Assembly: GCF_053078305.1 (NCBI RefSeq) | Contig: NZ_CP166879.1 | Strand: one strand, 5' to 3' | DNA: 64,000 nt | Shown here: positions 15,823-35,305 of the stretch, one piece after another | Position numbering within the stretch: the stretch's first letter is position 1 | Layout of the letters: each line of letters begins with the position of its first letter | Program-made: the position numbers and the translations under genes | Notes under the pieces: generated by a model | Seen by the model: the letters and a program-made list of their open reading frames with translations, nothing else | The model's database searches: none | What the model was told of the DNA's origin: nothing

Positions 15823-18261
15823 ATGAGCACTGATAAAGAAGAATTTTCGCTATATTGCGAAGCAAAAAATGACAAGGTCAGAAAACGCCTTGGGATTAAA
15901 GGGGGTTTTTACTGGACTACAGCAAAAAAATTATCTGTTGCCATCTCACGGTGCGTTGTTGCAATGGACGAGGCAGGCTACGACGCTGATGATTTCAAAA
16001 AACCTGTCCGCGTCCATTTCCCCGTTGTGAATGACCTTCCACCGGAAGGCGTGTTTGATACCGAATTCTGCAACCGCTATGAAAAAGGCGGGGAAGATGG
16101 CATCACAATGATATTTATAGCGCCTTCCCCCTCAGTTCAGGACAAACCAGCCAGCACTGACAATACCAACGTCAATGGCGAAGACATGGCTGAGATTGAG
16201 GATAATATGCTCCTGCCAATTTCCGGTCAGGAACTGCCCATTCGCTGGCTTGCGCAACATGGCTGCGAAAAACCGGTAACGCACGTTTCACGGGAAGAAC
16301 TTCAGGCATTACATATCGCACGAGCTGAAGAACTGCCGGCTGTTACTGCCCTGGCTATTTCCCACAACACAAAGCTGCTCGACCCGCTGGAGATTCGCGA
16401 CCTTCACAAACTGGTACGCGACACAGACAAAGTTTTCCCTAATCCCGTTAATTCCAGTCTGGGGTTAATGACTGCTTTTTTCGAAGCATACCTGAACGCT
16501 GACTATACCGATCGAGGTCTGCTGACAAAAGAGTGGATGAAAGGAAATCGTGTTTCTCGCATCACCCGCACGGCTTCCGGTGCAAATGCCGGTGGCGGAA
16601 ATAAAACGGATCGTAATCCTGATTTAGTACACACCCTCGATACTCTGGATGTGGAGATTGCAGCAGCCACACTTCCGATGGATTTTAATATTTATGAAAT
16701 ACCCGTGAGCGTTTATCGTCGCGCAAAAGAAATCGTCCTGAAAAAAGAAAGTCCGTTCAGGGAATGGTCCCCAGCACTTCGCGCAACCCCTGGTATCCTG
16801 GACTATTCCCGCGCAGCTATTTTTGCACTTATCCGGAGCGCCCACCCTGAGTTTTATCACTACCCGGGACGTCTTCAGGGGTATATCAATGCCAACCTGA
16901 CAGAGACCGATCATGAGAATCCCACAACTGAAACTCTCACGGCTGCCCGGCATACACCGGAAAAAGATATCCTGGAAGAAATTAACGGAGGACTGGCTGC
17001 TGAGTGCAAAACAGAAGAAGAAAAAAATGATGAAGAAAACCCGCAACCATCTGGCGCAATGGCAGATGAACAGGCAACGGCTGAAACAATGGCAGCGGAT
17101 ACAGTTGAACATCATCAGGACCCGCAGCCGCTGGATGACAAGTCACAGGTAAAAGTTACTGCTGAAGAAGTAAATAAAATTATGGAGGCAGCAGACATCA
17201 GTCGACCAGATGCCGACAAATTGCTTGCCGCTTCTCGTGGTGAGTTTGTTGAAGGGATTAGCGACCCGAATGATTCGAAATGGGTTAAGGGGATTGAAAC
17301 CTGCGATTCTGTGAACCAGAACCAGCAAGAAACGGAACAGAACGGTCAGAAAGCGGAACAAAACAGCCCAAATGCGTTACAAAACGAGCCAGAAACGAAA
17401 CAACCTGAACCAGTCGTGCAACAGGAAGAGGAAAAAGTTTGTACCGCATGCAATCAGACTGGTGGTGGTAACTGCCCTGATTGTGGCGCAGTGATGGGTG
17501 ACGCAACCTACCAGGAGACATTCAACGAAGAAAGCCAGGATGAAGCCCGGGAAAAAGATCCGGAGGAAATGGAAAGTGCCGGACTCCCGAACAAGGAGTG
17601 CACCGAAGGCGATCAACATGCCAATGGCAATAATGAAACAGGCGAGACAGCAAATCCCTTAATTAAGGTGAACGGTCATCGTGAAATCACATCCACCAGC
17701 AGGTTGTGGCACCATCTGATGATTGACCTTGAAACAATGGGCAAAAATCCTGACGCACCAATAGCCTCAATAGGCGCTGTATTTTTCGATCCACAAACCG
17801 GAGAGCAGGGGCCTGAATTCAGCAAAATAATTGATATGGGTACATGTGGCGGCACTGTAGACATAAGCACCATCGAATGGTGGCTTCAACGCTCTGGCGA
17901 AGCCCGTGCCGCCATTTTAGCTGATCGAATACCGCTTGATGATGCGCTTTTACAATTACGGGAATTTATAGACGAAAACTCCGGTGAGTTTTTTGTTCAG
18001 GTCTGGGGAAATGGAGCCAACTTCGACAACGTGATTTTACGCCGTTCATATGAACGGCAGGAGATCCCCTGCCCGTGGCGTTACACCAATGATCGCGATG
18101 TAAGAACGATGGTCGCTCTGGGGTTGGTGATGGATTTCGATGCCCACAACGTCACCACATTTGAGGGTGAACGCCATAATGCCCTGCACGATGCGCGTTA
18201 CCAGGCAAAATACGTTTCAGCTATCTGGCAAAAACTGTTCCCGAGTCAGGCTGATTTTTAA
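15823..18261 (+). CDS. Large prophage protein: RecE-like N-terminal/central region, zinc ribbon, C-terminal DnaQ-type (DEDDh) 3'-5' exonuclease domain
   Basis: 812 aa; Exo I DLETMG, Exo II GNGANFD, Exo [12 protein letters not shown]; CxxC-x8-CxxC; acidic low-complexity linker. Confidence 0.6.
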   Translation: MSTDKEEFSLYCEAKNDKVRKRLGIKGGFYWTTAKKLSVAISRCVVAMDEAGYDADDFKKPVRVHFPVVNDLPPEGVFDTEFCNRYEKGGEDGITMIFIAPSPSVQDKPASTDNTNVNGEDMAEIEDNMLLPISGQELPIRWLAQHGCEKPVTHVSREELQALHIARAEELPAVTALAISHNTKLLDPLEIRDLHKLVRDTDKVFPNPVNSSLGLMTAFFEAYLNADYTDRGLLTKEWMKGNRVSRITRTASGANAGGGNKTDRNPDLVHTLDTLDVEIAAATLPMDFNIYEIPVSVYRRAKEIVLKKESPFREWSPALRATPGILDYSRAAIFALIRSAHPEFYHYPGRLQGYINANLTETDHENPTTETLTAARHTPEKDILEEINGGLAAECKTEEEKNDEENPQPSGAMADEQATAETMAADTVEHHQDPQPLDDKSQVKVTAEEVNKIMEAADISRPDADKLLAASRGEFVEGISDPNDSKWVKGIETCDSVNQNQQETEQNGQKAEQNSPNALQNEPETKQPEPVVQQEEEKVCTACNQTGGGNCPDCGAVMGDATYQETFNEESQDEAREKDPEEMESAGLPNKECTEGDQHANGNNETGETANPLIKVNGHREITSTSRLWHHLMIDLETMGKNPDAPIASIGAVFFDPQTGEQGPEFSKIIDMGTCGGTVDISTIEWWLQRSGEARAAILADRIPLDDALLQLREFIDENSGEFFVQVWGNGANFDNVILRRSYERQEIPCPWRYTNDRDVRTMVALGLVMDFDAHNVTTFEGERHNALHDARYQAKYVSAIWQKLFPSQADF

Positions 18262-18319
18262 TGTTCAACCCTGATCGCCGCTAACCGCATATAGTTAGCG
18301 GCGGTTATGAGATATAGCT

Positions 18320-18523
18320 ATGAGCAGCTTATTTTTAACCGAAGATGAATTGCTAATATTAACGGGCTGCAAATATGCAAGCCACCAGCGCAACTGGTTA
18401 ATAAAAAATGGGCTTCCGTTCTATACCAATCGTAGTGGAAAACCGATCGTCAGTCGGGAACTGTTTACCTGTAGAAACACTTTACCACCACGTGAGGCTG
18501 AACCTGATTTCGGTGCGATCTAA
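18320..18523 (+). CDS. xis: Putative excisionase
   Basis: 67-aa ORF immediately upstream of and overlapping int. Confidence 0.5.
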   Translation: MSSLFLTEDELLILTGCKYASHQRNWLIKNGLPFYTNRSGKPIVSRELFTCRNTLPPREAEPDFGAI

Positions 18524-19548
18524 TGGGAAGACGAAGGAAAAATCCCGAACACGAAAAATTACCGCCAAAGGTATACCCCAATAAATATAGTTATGTATGG
18601 AAACCGACATCCAGAGAATCTGTAACCTTAACTGCAATCGAGGATGGTTTAGCCGCATTATGGAAAAAGTACGAAGAAACAATTAACCATCGCGATCGGG
18701 CAATGACATTTGGGCGTTTGTGGGAAAAATTTCTCGCCAGCGCCTATTACAGCGATCTTAGTCCCAGAACGCAAAAAGATTATCTGCAACATCAAAAAAA
18801 GCTGCTGGCCGTATTCGGTAAGGTGCTGGCCGATTCTGTAAAACCAGAGCACATCAGACGATACATGGACAAAAGGGGCGAGCAGAGTAAAACGCAGGCA
18901 AACCATGAAAAAAGCAGCATGTCACGCGTTTACAGTTGGGGGTATGAACGAGGGTATGTAAAGGCTAATCCTTGTGCCGGTGTAAGTAAATTCAAGGCCA
19001 AAAACCGAGAGCGCTATGTGACTGACAAAGAATACCAGGCCGTATTAAGCGTGGCTCCTGTGCCTGTTTTTATCGCAATGGAAATTGCATACCTGTGCGC
19101 AGCAAGGATTTCCGATGTGTTGTCTCTGAAATGGGAACAGATCGGAAACGACGGGATCTTTATCCAGCAAGGTAAAACAGGAAAGAAACAGATAAAAGCC
19201 TGGAGTCCCCGTCTGCAATCAGTTATAGAAAAAGCTAAACAGCTACCCAAGTCAGCCTATGTAATCAGCAATCAGTACGGCAACCGTTACATGTATAAAG
19301 GATTTAATGAAATGTGGGTTGAGGCAAGAAATTTGGCTGGACAAATATCAGGGATCGCGACGGATTTTACATTCCATGACCTTAAAGCCAAGGGGATATC
19401 AGATTACGAAGGTAGTAGCCGGGATAAGCAACTTTTCTCTGGTCACAAGACCGAAGGACAGGTGCTAATCTATGATAGAAAAGTAAAGATCTCACCCACA
19501 CTGGATGTACCATTACCCCAGAATATTCCAACAAAATATTCCAAGTAA
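18523..19548 (+). CDS. int: Tyrosine integrase, lambda Int family
   Basis: 341 aa; lambda-Int-like N-terminus MGRRRK; ends about 50 bp from the 3' end of serU. Confidence 0.85.
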   Translation: MGRRRKNPEHEKLPPKVYPNKYSYVWKPTSRESVTLTAIEDGLAALWKKYEETINHRDRAMTFGRLWEKFLASAYYSDLSPRTQKDYLQHQKKLLAVFGKVLADSVKPEHIRRYMDKRGEQSKTQANHEKSSMSRVYSWGYERGYVKANPCAGVSKFKAKNRERYVTDKEYQAVLSVAPVPVFIAMEIAYLCAARISDVLSLKWEQIGNDGIFIQQGKTGKKQIKAWSPRLQSVIEKAKQLPKSAYVISNQYGNRYMYKGFNEMWVEARNLAGQISGIATDFTFHDLKAKGISDYEGSSRDKQLFSGHKTEGQVLIYDRKVKISPTLDVPLPQNIPTKYSK

Positions 19549-19600
19549 TTCCAAGTGTGATTTTCGTCATTGACTTAATGATGTGTAAGTGATTGAATTC

Positions 19601-19690
19601 TGGTGGAGAGAGGGGGATTTGAACCCCCGGTGGAGTTGCCCCCACTCCGGTTTTCGAGACCGGTCCGTTCAGCCGCTCCGGCATCTCTCC
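19601..19690 (-). tRNA. serU: tRNA-Ser (anticodon CGA)
   Basis: 90-nt sequence GGAGAGATGCCGGAGCGGCTGAACGGACCGGTCTCGAAAACC...CTCTCTCCACCA. Confidence 0.85.
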
Positions 19691-19783
19691 GTTCAGATGG
19701 TTGCCATGATGCCAGGAAATTTGGCATTTTAACAGTCCCTGTCCGTGCAATTTTGTTCAAGTGACGAGTTTGCGAGCAAAACG

Positions 19784-20581
19784 ATGATTAAGTGGCCCTG
19801 GAAAGTACAAGAATCAGCACATCAAACTGCCCTTCCCTGGCAGGAAGCACTATCGATCCCCCTTTTAACGTGTCTGACGGAACAGGAACAAAGCAAATTA
19901 GTCACTCTTGCCGAACGTTTTTTACAGCAAAAGCGGCTTGTTCCTTTACAGGGCTTTGAACTGGATTCATTAAGAAGCTGCCGGATAGCACTTCTATTTT
20001 GCCTACCCGTTCTGGAGTTAGGACTGGAATGGCTGGATGGTTTTCATGAAGTCTTAATTTATCCTGCGCCATTTGTGGTCGATGATGAATGGGAAGACGA
20101 TATCGGTCTGGTGCATAACCAACGTATTGTTCAGTCAGGTCAGAGCTGGCAGCAAGGGCCTATCGTTTTGAACTGGTTGGATATACAAGATTCTTTTGAT
20201 GCTTCTGGTTTTAACCTGATTATTCATGAAGTCGCTCATAAGCTGGACACCCGTAACGGCGATCGCGCCAGCGGAGTTCCCTTTATTCCGTTGCGTGAGG
20301 TTGCTGGCTGGGAACACGATCTTCATGCTGCAATGAACAACATTCAGGAAGAAATCGAATTGGTTGGCGAGAATGCGGCGAGCATTGATGCTTATGCTGC
20401 CAGTGATCCTGCTGAATGTTTTGCCGTACTTTCTGAATATTTCTTTAGCGCCCCAGAACTTTTTGCTCCTCGTTTCCCTTCATTGTGGCAACGTTTCTGC
20501 CAATTTTATCAACAAGATCCTTTGCAGAGACTGCATCACGCTAATGATACAGACTCGTTTTCGGCGACGAATGTTCATTAA
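19784..20581 (+). CDS. mtfA: Mlc titration factor MtfA
   Basis: 265 aa starting MIKWPWK; HEVAH zinc-binding motif. Confidence 0.8.
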   Translation: MIKWPWKVQESAHQTALPWQEALSIPLLTCLTEQEQSKLVTLAERFLQQKRLVPLQGFELDSLRSCRIALLFCLPVLELGLEWLDGFHEVLIYPAPFVVDDEWEDDIGLVHNQRIVQSGQSWQQGPIVLNWLDIQDSFDASGFNLIIHEVAHKLDTRNGDRASGVPFIPLREVAGWEHDLHAAMNNIQEEIELVGENAASIDAYAASDPAECFAVLSEYFFSAPELFAPRFPSLWQRFCQFYQQDPLQRLHHANDTDSFSATNVH

Positions 20582-20681
20582 TTAACAACTTTGCAGATTA
20601 ATTAACCAATTGAAATGACTTATGAAATTTAGTGTTGACAGACAAGGTACCGCTAAGTAATATGCGCCCCGTTCACACGAT

Positions 20682-20757
20682 TCCTCTGTAGTTCAGTCGG
20701 TAGAACGGCGGACTGTTAATCCGTATGTCACTGGTTCGAGTCCAGTCAGAGGAGCCA
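20682..20757 (+). tRNA. asnT: tRNA-Asn (GUU)
   Basis: Canonical 76-nt E. coli tRNA-Asn sequence. Confidence 0.9.
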
Positions 20758-20846
20758 AATTCTAAAAATTCGCTTCTTAGCGCAATGTCACTAACCTTAG
20801 TTGAACATTGTTTTTTAACGGATAGCGGGTTTTTAACATCTTAAGC

Positions 20847-20876
20847 GCCCTCGACCTTTATGGTTGAGGGCGTTTT
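20847..20876 (+). terminator. Rho-independent terminator after asnT
   Basis: 10-bp stem GCCCTCGACC / GGTTGAGGGC then GTTTT. Confidence 0.5.
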
Positions 20877-21069
20877 GCTATGAATGCCATCACCATTTTC
20901 CCCTCGATTATAAAACTTGAGTTATTCAGTAGTCTCCCCTCTTGCAACTCACACCCAAAACTGCCTAACGAAAAGTTATTAATTTTCAATCATATTGCTA
21001 TCAGGATTTACATTTTTTCGCTGTGCTAGAAAGGGCGCATTTATGTTAGCTCGTTCAGGGAAGGTAAGC

Positions 21070-29070
<8,001 letters not shown>

Positions 29071-29354
29071 TTTTTCGCTATATTTTCTTACAGAGTGCTC
29101 CATTCGGGGCGCTCTGCTTTTACATTCGTTTGCTATCAAACGCTCCATTAATATACCTGCATTTTCCCATACCTCCCTGTTAGTCTGAAGATAGTCGAGC
29201 CTCCTTTCGTTTTTAATAAACGCTTTCACACATGGTATAACCACCTGTTCCACGCCAGCGGGAAACAAAGTATATGATCTATTTTGATAACGATCATTGT
29301 TGCTATGTAGTCAAATTACGTTAATGTTTAGCTAAGTACATCAAGGAGGAAGAT

Positions 29355-29450
29355 ATGTCAGGACGTACAAACAATATCAGTTCATATTTCAATATTACAA
29401 ATTACATCAGTACCACTCATAATAATGTATGCCTGTTAACGGGGATTTAA
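29355..29450 (+). CDS. Candidate small ORF (31 aa, Asn/Ser/Thr-rich) with a perfect Shine-Dalgarno
   Basis: AAGGAGG 7 nt upstream of ATG; no homology recognised. Confidence 0.25.
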   Translation: MSGRTNNISSYFNITNYISTTHNNVCLLTGI

Positions 29451-29651
29451 GTTCAGGTTGTCTTATTTATGATGGTGAAATACATTACAATGTTTTAGTT
29501 CCACCAGATTCGCGTTCGGTGTGACTATGATCGTATCCGGTGAGTACAGCTTTGATCCAAAGGCTGGTTTTCTGTGATGATTGACCAGCCTCAGAGTATT
29601 GATGACACCACCGTTCATAACAGATCGGCATTACTTTGCATACGTACTGCC

Positions 29652-30704
29652 TCAAATTCTCGCCAAAACACTTTTTAATGCCTTTGCGAATTCATCCAGA
29701 CTTATATTGTCAATTTTTTTCCCAACGACGACTGACTCCGAAACATCGGCCATTGCGGGCCATCGCGTTTTGTAATCAGCATAAATTGCAACAACGGGAG
29801 TATTATAGGCACTTGCCATATGTAATATTGAGGTGTCAGGAGTTATTGCGATATAAGCATCTTTTATGATTGCTGCTGAACGTTTAATCGAGGGTGATAA
29901 GGATAAACGGTAGACATTATTATAACAATCCACTAATACCCTGGCTTTATCTTCCCCTTTTGGTCCATGAACGATCACTATTGGTATATCTGTTTCACTT
30001 TGAATTTTTTCTATTAGATTTTCTGCAATCGATAGTGAAAATGTACGTTCCTGCGAGCTACCTTCTAAATTAAGCGCAATGTAAGATCCTAACGATCGCA
30101 TTTCCTCGCGCACCTCATCGAGTACATCCTCACTTAGTGGCAATTCATATATTGGCCTGACTGCTGGAAAACCCGCCTCACGCATCATAAATGCCCATGT
30201 CATGGGTACGGGAGCCCGGAGATTCTGATCCATCCGGGACGCGTTCTTACACACAGGGGAATAGCACTTCATGGTTAAACCAACAACCTGAAAATTCGTT
30301 TTTGCTTTCAACTTACTGATAAATAACATCGTTTTCAGGTTCTTTTTACGCATCGCCTCTATACAAAGATCCGGCGTACCGTATTGCTGTGTTATGTTCT
30401 TCGCTAAATCTTTTATTTCTTTTAATGTTGCGTGATCCTGCATAGTCATTGTGACTAATGTTAATTTAGTCTGTTCAAGTTTGAGCGCATTAAAGACTTC
30501 TAAATTAATTGTCGACGTAACAATTAGTAGATGCTTAATTTTATGCAATTCAAGCGCCCGAATAACAGGAAAGATGGCCATAGCATCGCCAATCTGATCG
30601 GGAATATGGATGACAACAAAATCTGTTTTTTCAATATTGAAATTATAAGCTTTATAATCGTAGTAACTAAATGCAATATGTCTCAACAATGATGCTAAAA
30701 ACAT
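29652..30704 (-). CDS. yeeL: Glycosyltransferase family 9 (heptosyltransferase-like) YeeL, intact
   Basis: 350-aa uninterrupted ORF. Confidence 0.7.
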   Translation of the reverse strand: MFLASLLRHIAFSYYDYKAYNFNIEKTDFVVIHIPDQIGDAMAIFPVIRALELHKIKHLLIVTSTINLEVFNALKLEQTKLTLVTMTMQDHATLKEIKDLAKNITQQYGTPDLCIEAMRKKNLKTMLFISKLKAKTNFQVVGLTMKCYSPVCKNASRMDQNLRAPVPMTWAFMMREAGFPAVRPIYELPLSEDVLDEVREEMRSLGSYIALNLEGSSQERTFSLSIAENLIEKIQSETDIPIVIVHGPKGEDKARVLVDCYNNVYRLSLSPSIKRSAAIIKDAYIAITPDTSILHMASAYNTPVVAIYADYKTRWPAMADVSESVVVGKKIDNISLDEFAKALKSVLARI

Positions 30705-31018
30705 ACCTAACCTCGCCTCCCTACTGGTTATAATGCAATGCAGTCTATCAGACTCATCAGGGTGCCATTTTGTGCATATGCGGACTTTTATGTTTCATAT
30801 CTCGAACCTGTGGGTCCTCTGCTTAATCCTTAAACAACACCAGCAACTCCCGCGCTTTCATCTTCCAGCGAATTTTTCATGTTGCCGCTAATCAGCCATA
30901 AAATCATTTGCAGATGCGCTCTGTCGAGGTAGTCTCATAAGGTTCGTTTATAGATCGACGGCAATGTGAGTTACCTTTTCCATACTAATTATAAAAAGAC
31001 AGTACAAACAGGATCATT

Positions 31019-32335
31019 ATGGACTCCACGCTCATCTCCACCCGTCCCGATGAAGGGACGCTTTCGTTAAGTCGCGCCCGACGAGCTGCGTTAGGCAGTT
31101 TCGCTGGTGCCGTCGTCGACTGGTATGATTTTTTACTCTATGGCATCACCGCCGCACTGGTGTTTAATCGCGAGTTTTTCCCGCAAGTAAGCCCGGCGAT
31201 GGGAACGCTCGCCGCATTTGCTACCTTTGGCGTCGGATTCCTTTTCCGTCCGCTCGGCGGTGTCATTTTCGGTCACTTTGGCGACCGACTGGGACGTAAG
31301 CGCATGTTAATGCTGACCGTCTGGATGATGGGTATCGCGACAGCCTTGATTGGTATTCTTCCTTCATTCTCGACCATTGGGTGGTGGGCACCTATTTTAC
31401 TGGTGACGCTGCGTGCCATTCAGGGATTTGCCGTCGGCGGCGAATGGGGAGGCGCGGCGTTGCTTTCCGTTGAAAGTGCACCAAAAAATAAAAAAGCCTT
31501 TTACAGTAGCGGTGTACAAGTTGGCTACGGTGTAGGTTTACTGCTTTCAACCGGACTGGTTTCATTGATCAGTATGATGACGACTGACGAACAGTTTTTA
31601 AGCTGGGGCTGGCGTATTCCTTTCCTGTTTAGCATCGTACTGGTACTGGGAGCATTGTGGGTGCGCAATGGCATGGAAGAGTCCGCGGAATTTGAACAAC
31701 AGCAACATTATCAAGCTGCCGCGAAAAAACGCATCCCGGTTATCGAAGCTCTGTTACGACATCCCGGTGCTTTCCTGAAGATTATTGCGCTACGACTGTG
31801 CGAGTTGCTGACGATGTACATCGTTACCGCCTTTGCACTTAATTATTCAACCCAGAATATGGGGTTACCGCGCGAACTTTTCCTTAATATTGGTTTGCTG
31901 GTAGGTGGATTAAGCTGCCTGACAATTCCCTGTTTTGCCTGGCTTGCCGATCGTTTTGGTCGCCGCAGGGTTTATATCACAGGTGCGTTAATCGGAACGT
32001 TGAGCGCATTTCCTTTCTTTATGGCGCTTGAAGCACAATCTATTTTCTGGATAGTTTTCTTCTCCATAATGCTGGCAAACATTGCGCATGACATGGTGGT
32101 GTGTGTGCAACAACCGATGTTTACCGAAATGTTTGGTGCCAGTTATCGCTATAGTGGCGCTGGAGTCGGTTATCAGGTTGCCAGTGTGGTTGGTGGTGGA
32201 TTTACACCTTTTATTGCCGCTGCACTCATCACTTACTTTGCCGGGAACTGGCATAGCGTCGCCATTTATTTGCTGGCTGGATGCCTGATTTCCGCAATAA
32301 CCGCTTTGTTGATGAAAGACAATCAACGCGCTTGA
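31019..32335 (+). CDS. shiA: Shikimate transporter ShiA (MFS)
   Basis: 438 aa, multi-TM MFS signature. Confidence 0.85.
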   Translation: MDSTLISTRPDEGTLSLSRARRAALGSFAGAVVDWYDFLLYGITAALVFNREFFPQVSPAMGTLAAFATFGVGFLFRPLGGVIFGHFGDRLGRKRMLMLTVWMMGIATALIGILPSFSTIGWWAPILLVTLRAIQGFAVGGEWGGAALLSVESAPKNKKAFYSSGVQVGYGVGLLLSTGLVSLISMMTTDEQFLSWGWRIPFLFSIVLVLGALWVRNGMEESAEFEQQQHYQAAAKKRIPVIEALLRHPGAFLKIIALRLCELLTMYIVTAFALNYSTQNMGLPRELFLNIGLLVGGLSCLTIPCFAWLADRFGRRRVYITGALIGTLSAFPFFMALEAQSIFWIVFFSIMLANIAHDMVVCVQQPMFTEMFGASYRYSGAGVGYQVASVVGGGFTPFIAAALITYFAGNWHSVAIYLLAGCLISAITALLMKDNQRA

Positions 32336-32436
32336 TAGTCTGGCGAAGATCATCCGATCTTCGCCTTGCACTTTTGTTTCACATTTCTGTGACATACTAT
32401 CGGATGTGCGGTAATTGTATGGAACAGGAGACACAC

Positions 32437-33891
32437 ATGAATAATAAGGGCTCCGGTCTGACCCCAGCTCAGGCACTGGATAAACTCGACGCGCTGTATG
32501 AGCAATCTGTAGTCGCATTACGCAACGCCATTGGCAACTATATTACAAGTGGCGAATTACCTGATGAAAACGCCCGCAAACAAGGTCTTTTTGTCTATCC
32601 ATCACTGACCGTAACCTGGGACGGTAGCACAACCAATCCACCTAAAACGCGCGCATTTGGTCGTTTTACTCACGCAGGCAGCTACACCACCACGATTACT
32701 CGCCCTACTCTCTTTCGTTCGTATCTTAATGAACAACTTACGTTGCTGTATCAGGATTATGATGCGCATATCTCGGTGCAACCCTCGCAGCATGAAATCC
32801 CTTATCCTTATGTCATCGATGGCTCTGAATTGACACTTGATCGCTCAATGAGCGCTGGGTTAACTCGCTATTTCCCGACAACAGAACTGGCGCAAATTGG
32901 CGATGAAACTGCAGACGGCATTTATCACCCAACTGAATTCTCCCCGCTATCGCATTTTGATGCGCGCCGCGTCGATTTTTCCCTCGCGCGGTTGCGTCAT
33001 TATACTGGTACGCCAGTTGAACATTTTCAGCCGTTCGTCTTGTTTACCAACTACACACGTTATGTGGATGAATTCGTTCGTTGGGGATGCAGCCAGATCC
33101 TCGATCCTGATAGTCCCTACATTGCCCTTTCTTGTGCTGGCGGGAACTGGATCACCGCCGAAACCGAAGCGCCAGAAGAAGCCATTTCCGACCTTGCATG
33201 GAAAAAACACCAGATGCCAGCATGGCATTTAATTACCGCCGATGGTCAGGGTATTACTCTGGTGAATATTGGCGTGGGACCGTCAAATGCTAAAACCATC
33301 TGCGATCATCTGGCAGTGCTACGCCCGGATGTCTGGTTGATGATTGGTCACTGTGGCGGATTACGTGAAAGTCAGGCCATTGGCGATTATGTACTTGCAC
33401 ACGCTTATTTACGCGATGACCACGTTCTTGATGCGGTTCTGCCACCCGATATTCCTATTCCGAGCATTGCTGAAGTGCAACGTGCGCTTTATGACGCCAC
33501 CAAGCTGGTGAGCGGCAGGCCCGGTGAGGAAGTCAAACAGCGGCTACGTACTGGTACTGTGGTAACCACAGATGACAGGAACTGGGAATTACGTTACTCA
33601 GCTTCTGCACTTCGTTTTAACTTAAGCCGGGCCGTAGCAATTGATATGGAAAGTGCAACCATTGCCGCGCAAGGATATCGTTTCCGCGTGCCATACGGGA
33701 CACTACTGTGTGTTTCAGATAAACCGTTGCATGGCGAGATTAAACTTCCCGGTCAGGCTAACCGTTTTTATGAAGGCGCTATTTCCGAACACCTACAAAT
33801 TGGCATTCGGGCGATCGATTTGCTGCGCGCAGAAGGCGACCGACTGCATTCACGTAAATTACGAACCTTTAATGAGCCGCCGTTCCGATAA
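32437..33891 (+). CDS. amn: AMP nucleosidase
   Basis: 484 aa from ATG 32437 with GGAG upstream; the ORF track has an over-extended start. Confidence 0.85.
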   Translation: MNNKGSGLTPAQALDKLDALYEQSVVALRNAIGNYITSGELPDENARKQGLFVYPSLTVTWDGSTTNPPKTRAFGRFTHAGSYTTTITRPTLFRSYLNEQLTLLYQDYDAHISVQPSQHEIPYPYVIDGSELTLDRSMSAGLTRYFPTTELAQIGDETADGIYHPTEFSPLSHFDARRVDFSLARLRHYTGTPVEHFQPFVLFTNYTRYVDEFVRWGCSQILDPDSPYIALSCAGGNWITAETEAPEEAISDLAWKKHQMPAWHLITADGQGITLVNIGVGPSNAKTICDHLAVLRPDVWLMIGHCGGLRESQAIGDYVLAHAYLRDDHVLDAVLPPDIPIPSIAEVQRALYDATKLVSGRPGEEVKQRLRTGTVVTTDDRNWELRYSASALRFNLSRAVAIDMESATIAAQGYRFRVPYGTLLCVSDKPLHGEIKLPGQANRFYEGAISEHLQIGIRAIDLLRAEGDRLHSRKLRTFNEPPFR

Positions 33892-34233
33892 TAAGTTCTG
33901 AACCTTCTTATCAAAAATAGATGTGAAGGATTAAGTAAGACATCTGGCAAATAGCCCGCAATAAACGCGGGCTGTTTGCTTCCTTGGGCGGATACGAGTT
34001 TTATTATCGTCTTAATGATTTCCACATATTAAAAGCAAGTATGCTTTCAAAACACAATTATAAAAAATCCCGCCAACAATATAAGTTTTTATAAAATTAA
34101 ATATAAGATTATGGCTTTAGAATATTTTTATTTCTAATAGACGAGATTTTTCCTGTTATGATATAATATGCCGAATTAACACATGTTAACGATTTACCAG
34201 TAATGTAAATAAATTTTCGAGGAGATCATTCCA

Positions 34234-34950
34234 GTGGGACGTAAATGGGCCAATATTGTTGCTAAAAAAACGGCTAAAGACGGTGCAACGTCTAAAATTT
34301 ATGCAAAATTCGGTGTAGAAATCTATGCTGCTGCTAAACAAGGTGAACCCGATCCAGAATTAAACACATCTTTAAAATTCGTTATTGAACGTGCAAAGCA
34401 GGCACAAGTTCCAAAGCACGTTATTGATAAAGCAATTGATAAAGCCAAAGGCGGCGGAGATGAAACGTTCGTACAGGGACGTTATGAAGGCTTTGGTCCT
34501 AATGGCTCAATGATTATCGCCGAGACATTGACTTCAAATGTTAACCGTACGATTGCTAACGTTCGCACAATTTTCAATAAAAAAGGCGGCAATATCGGAG
34601 CGGCAGGTTCTGTCAGCTATATGTTTGACAATACTGGTGTGATTGTATTTAAAGGAACAGACCCTGACCATATTTTTGAAATTTTACTTGAAGCTGAAGT
34701 TGATGTTCGTGATGTGACTGAAGAAGAAGGTAACATTGTTATTTATACTGAACCTACTGACCTTCATAAAGGAATCGCGGCTCTAAAAGCAGCTGGAATC
34801 ACTGAGTTCTCAACAACAGAATTAGAAATGATTGCTCAATCAGAAGTTGAGCTTTCCCCAGAAGATTTAGAAATCTTTGAAGGGCTTGTTGATGCCCTTG
34901 AAGATGACGACGATGTACAAAAAGTTTATCATAACGTCGCAAATCTCTAA
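34234..34950 (+). CDS. yeeN: YebC/PmpR-family regulator YeeN
   Basis: 238 aa, GTG start with GAGGAG upstream. Confidence 0.8.
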
Positions 34951-35305
34951 TTATCTTTTAAAGAAATCTGTCTTTATGGCAGATTTCTTTAATCTCATAT
35001 AATCCTTATAAAAAATATAATGTTCAACTCGTCATATTGCTTATAAAAAATCCTCGTTCCCAGAGAAATAATATTTATTAAAATGGCAGGTCTTCTTTTT
35101 CTGATTACCGAAGACAAAGTGGCAATTACGTATAGTTTCCCGATAAAGACGCGACAGCTACATCCCGCATAAGGCATTTTTCTCTTTATCTTTGTACGGT
35201 ACTTCATGGAACAGAATTTTTGACCTTGTGAATCGTGATGTCTGTTGGGGAGGAGCAATTTGCTCACTGAAGCGTGAGACTCGATTAAGCGCACGAAACA
35301 CAGAA

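Larger units (their letters stand above)
1..19600. mobile_element. Partial lambdoid (Qin/DicA-type) prophage integrated at the 3' end of serU; only the int-proximal arm through the Q/methylase/tRNA region is in the window
   Basis: int and xis next to tRNA-Ser, dicA/dicC immunity pair, O-like and DnaC-like replication genes, rusA, Q-like gene, phage tRNA cluster; tight gene packing with overlapping stops and starts. Confidence 0.8.

Noticed and set aside
19549-19600. Second copy of the attachment core (duplicate of the serU 3' end) inside the window
   Set aside because: None found; the prophage continues past position 1, so the other attachment site should lie outside the window.
34995-35294. 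99-aa minus-strand ORF between yeeN and asnW
   Set aside because: AT-rich intergenic sequence with low-complexity product, no ribosome-binding site, and overlap with terminator structures.
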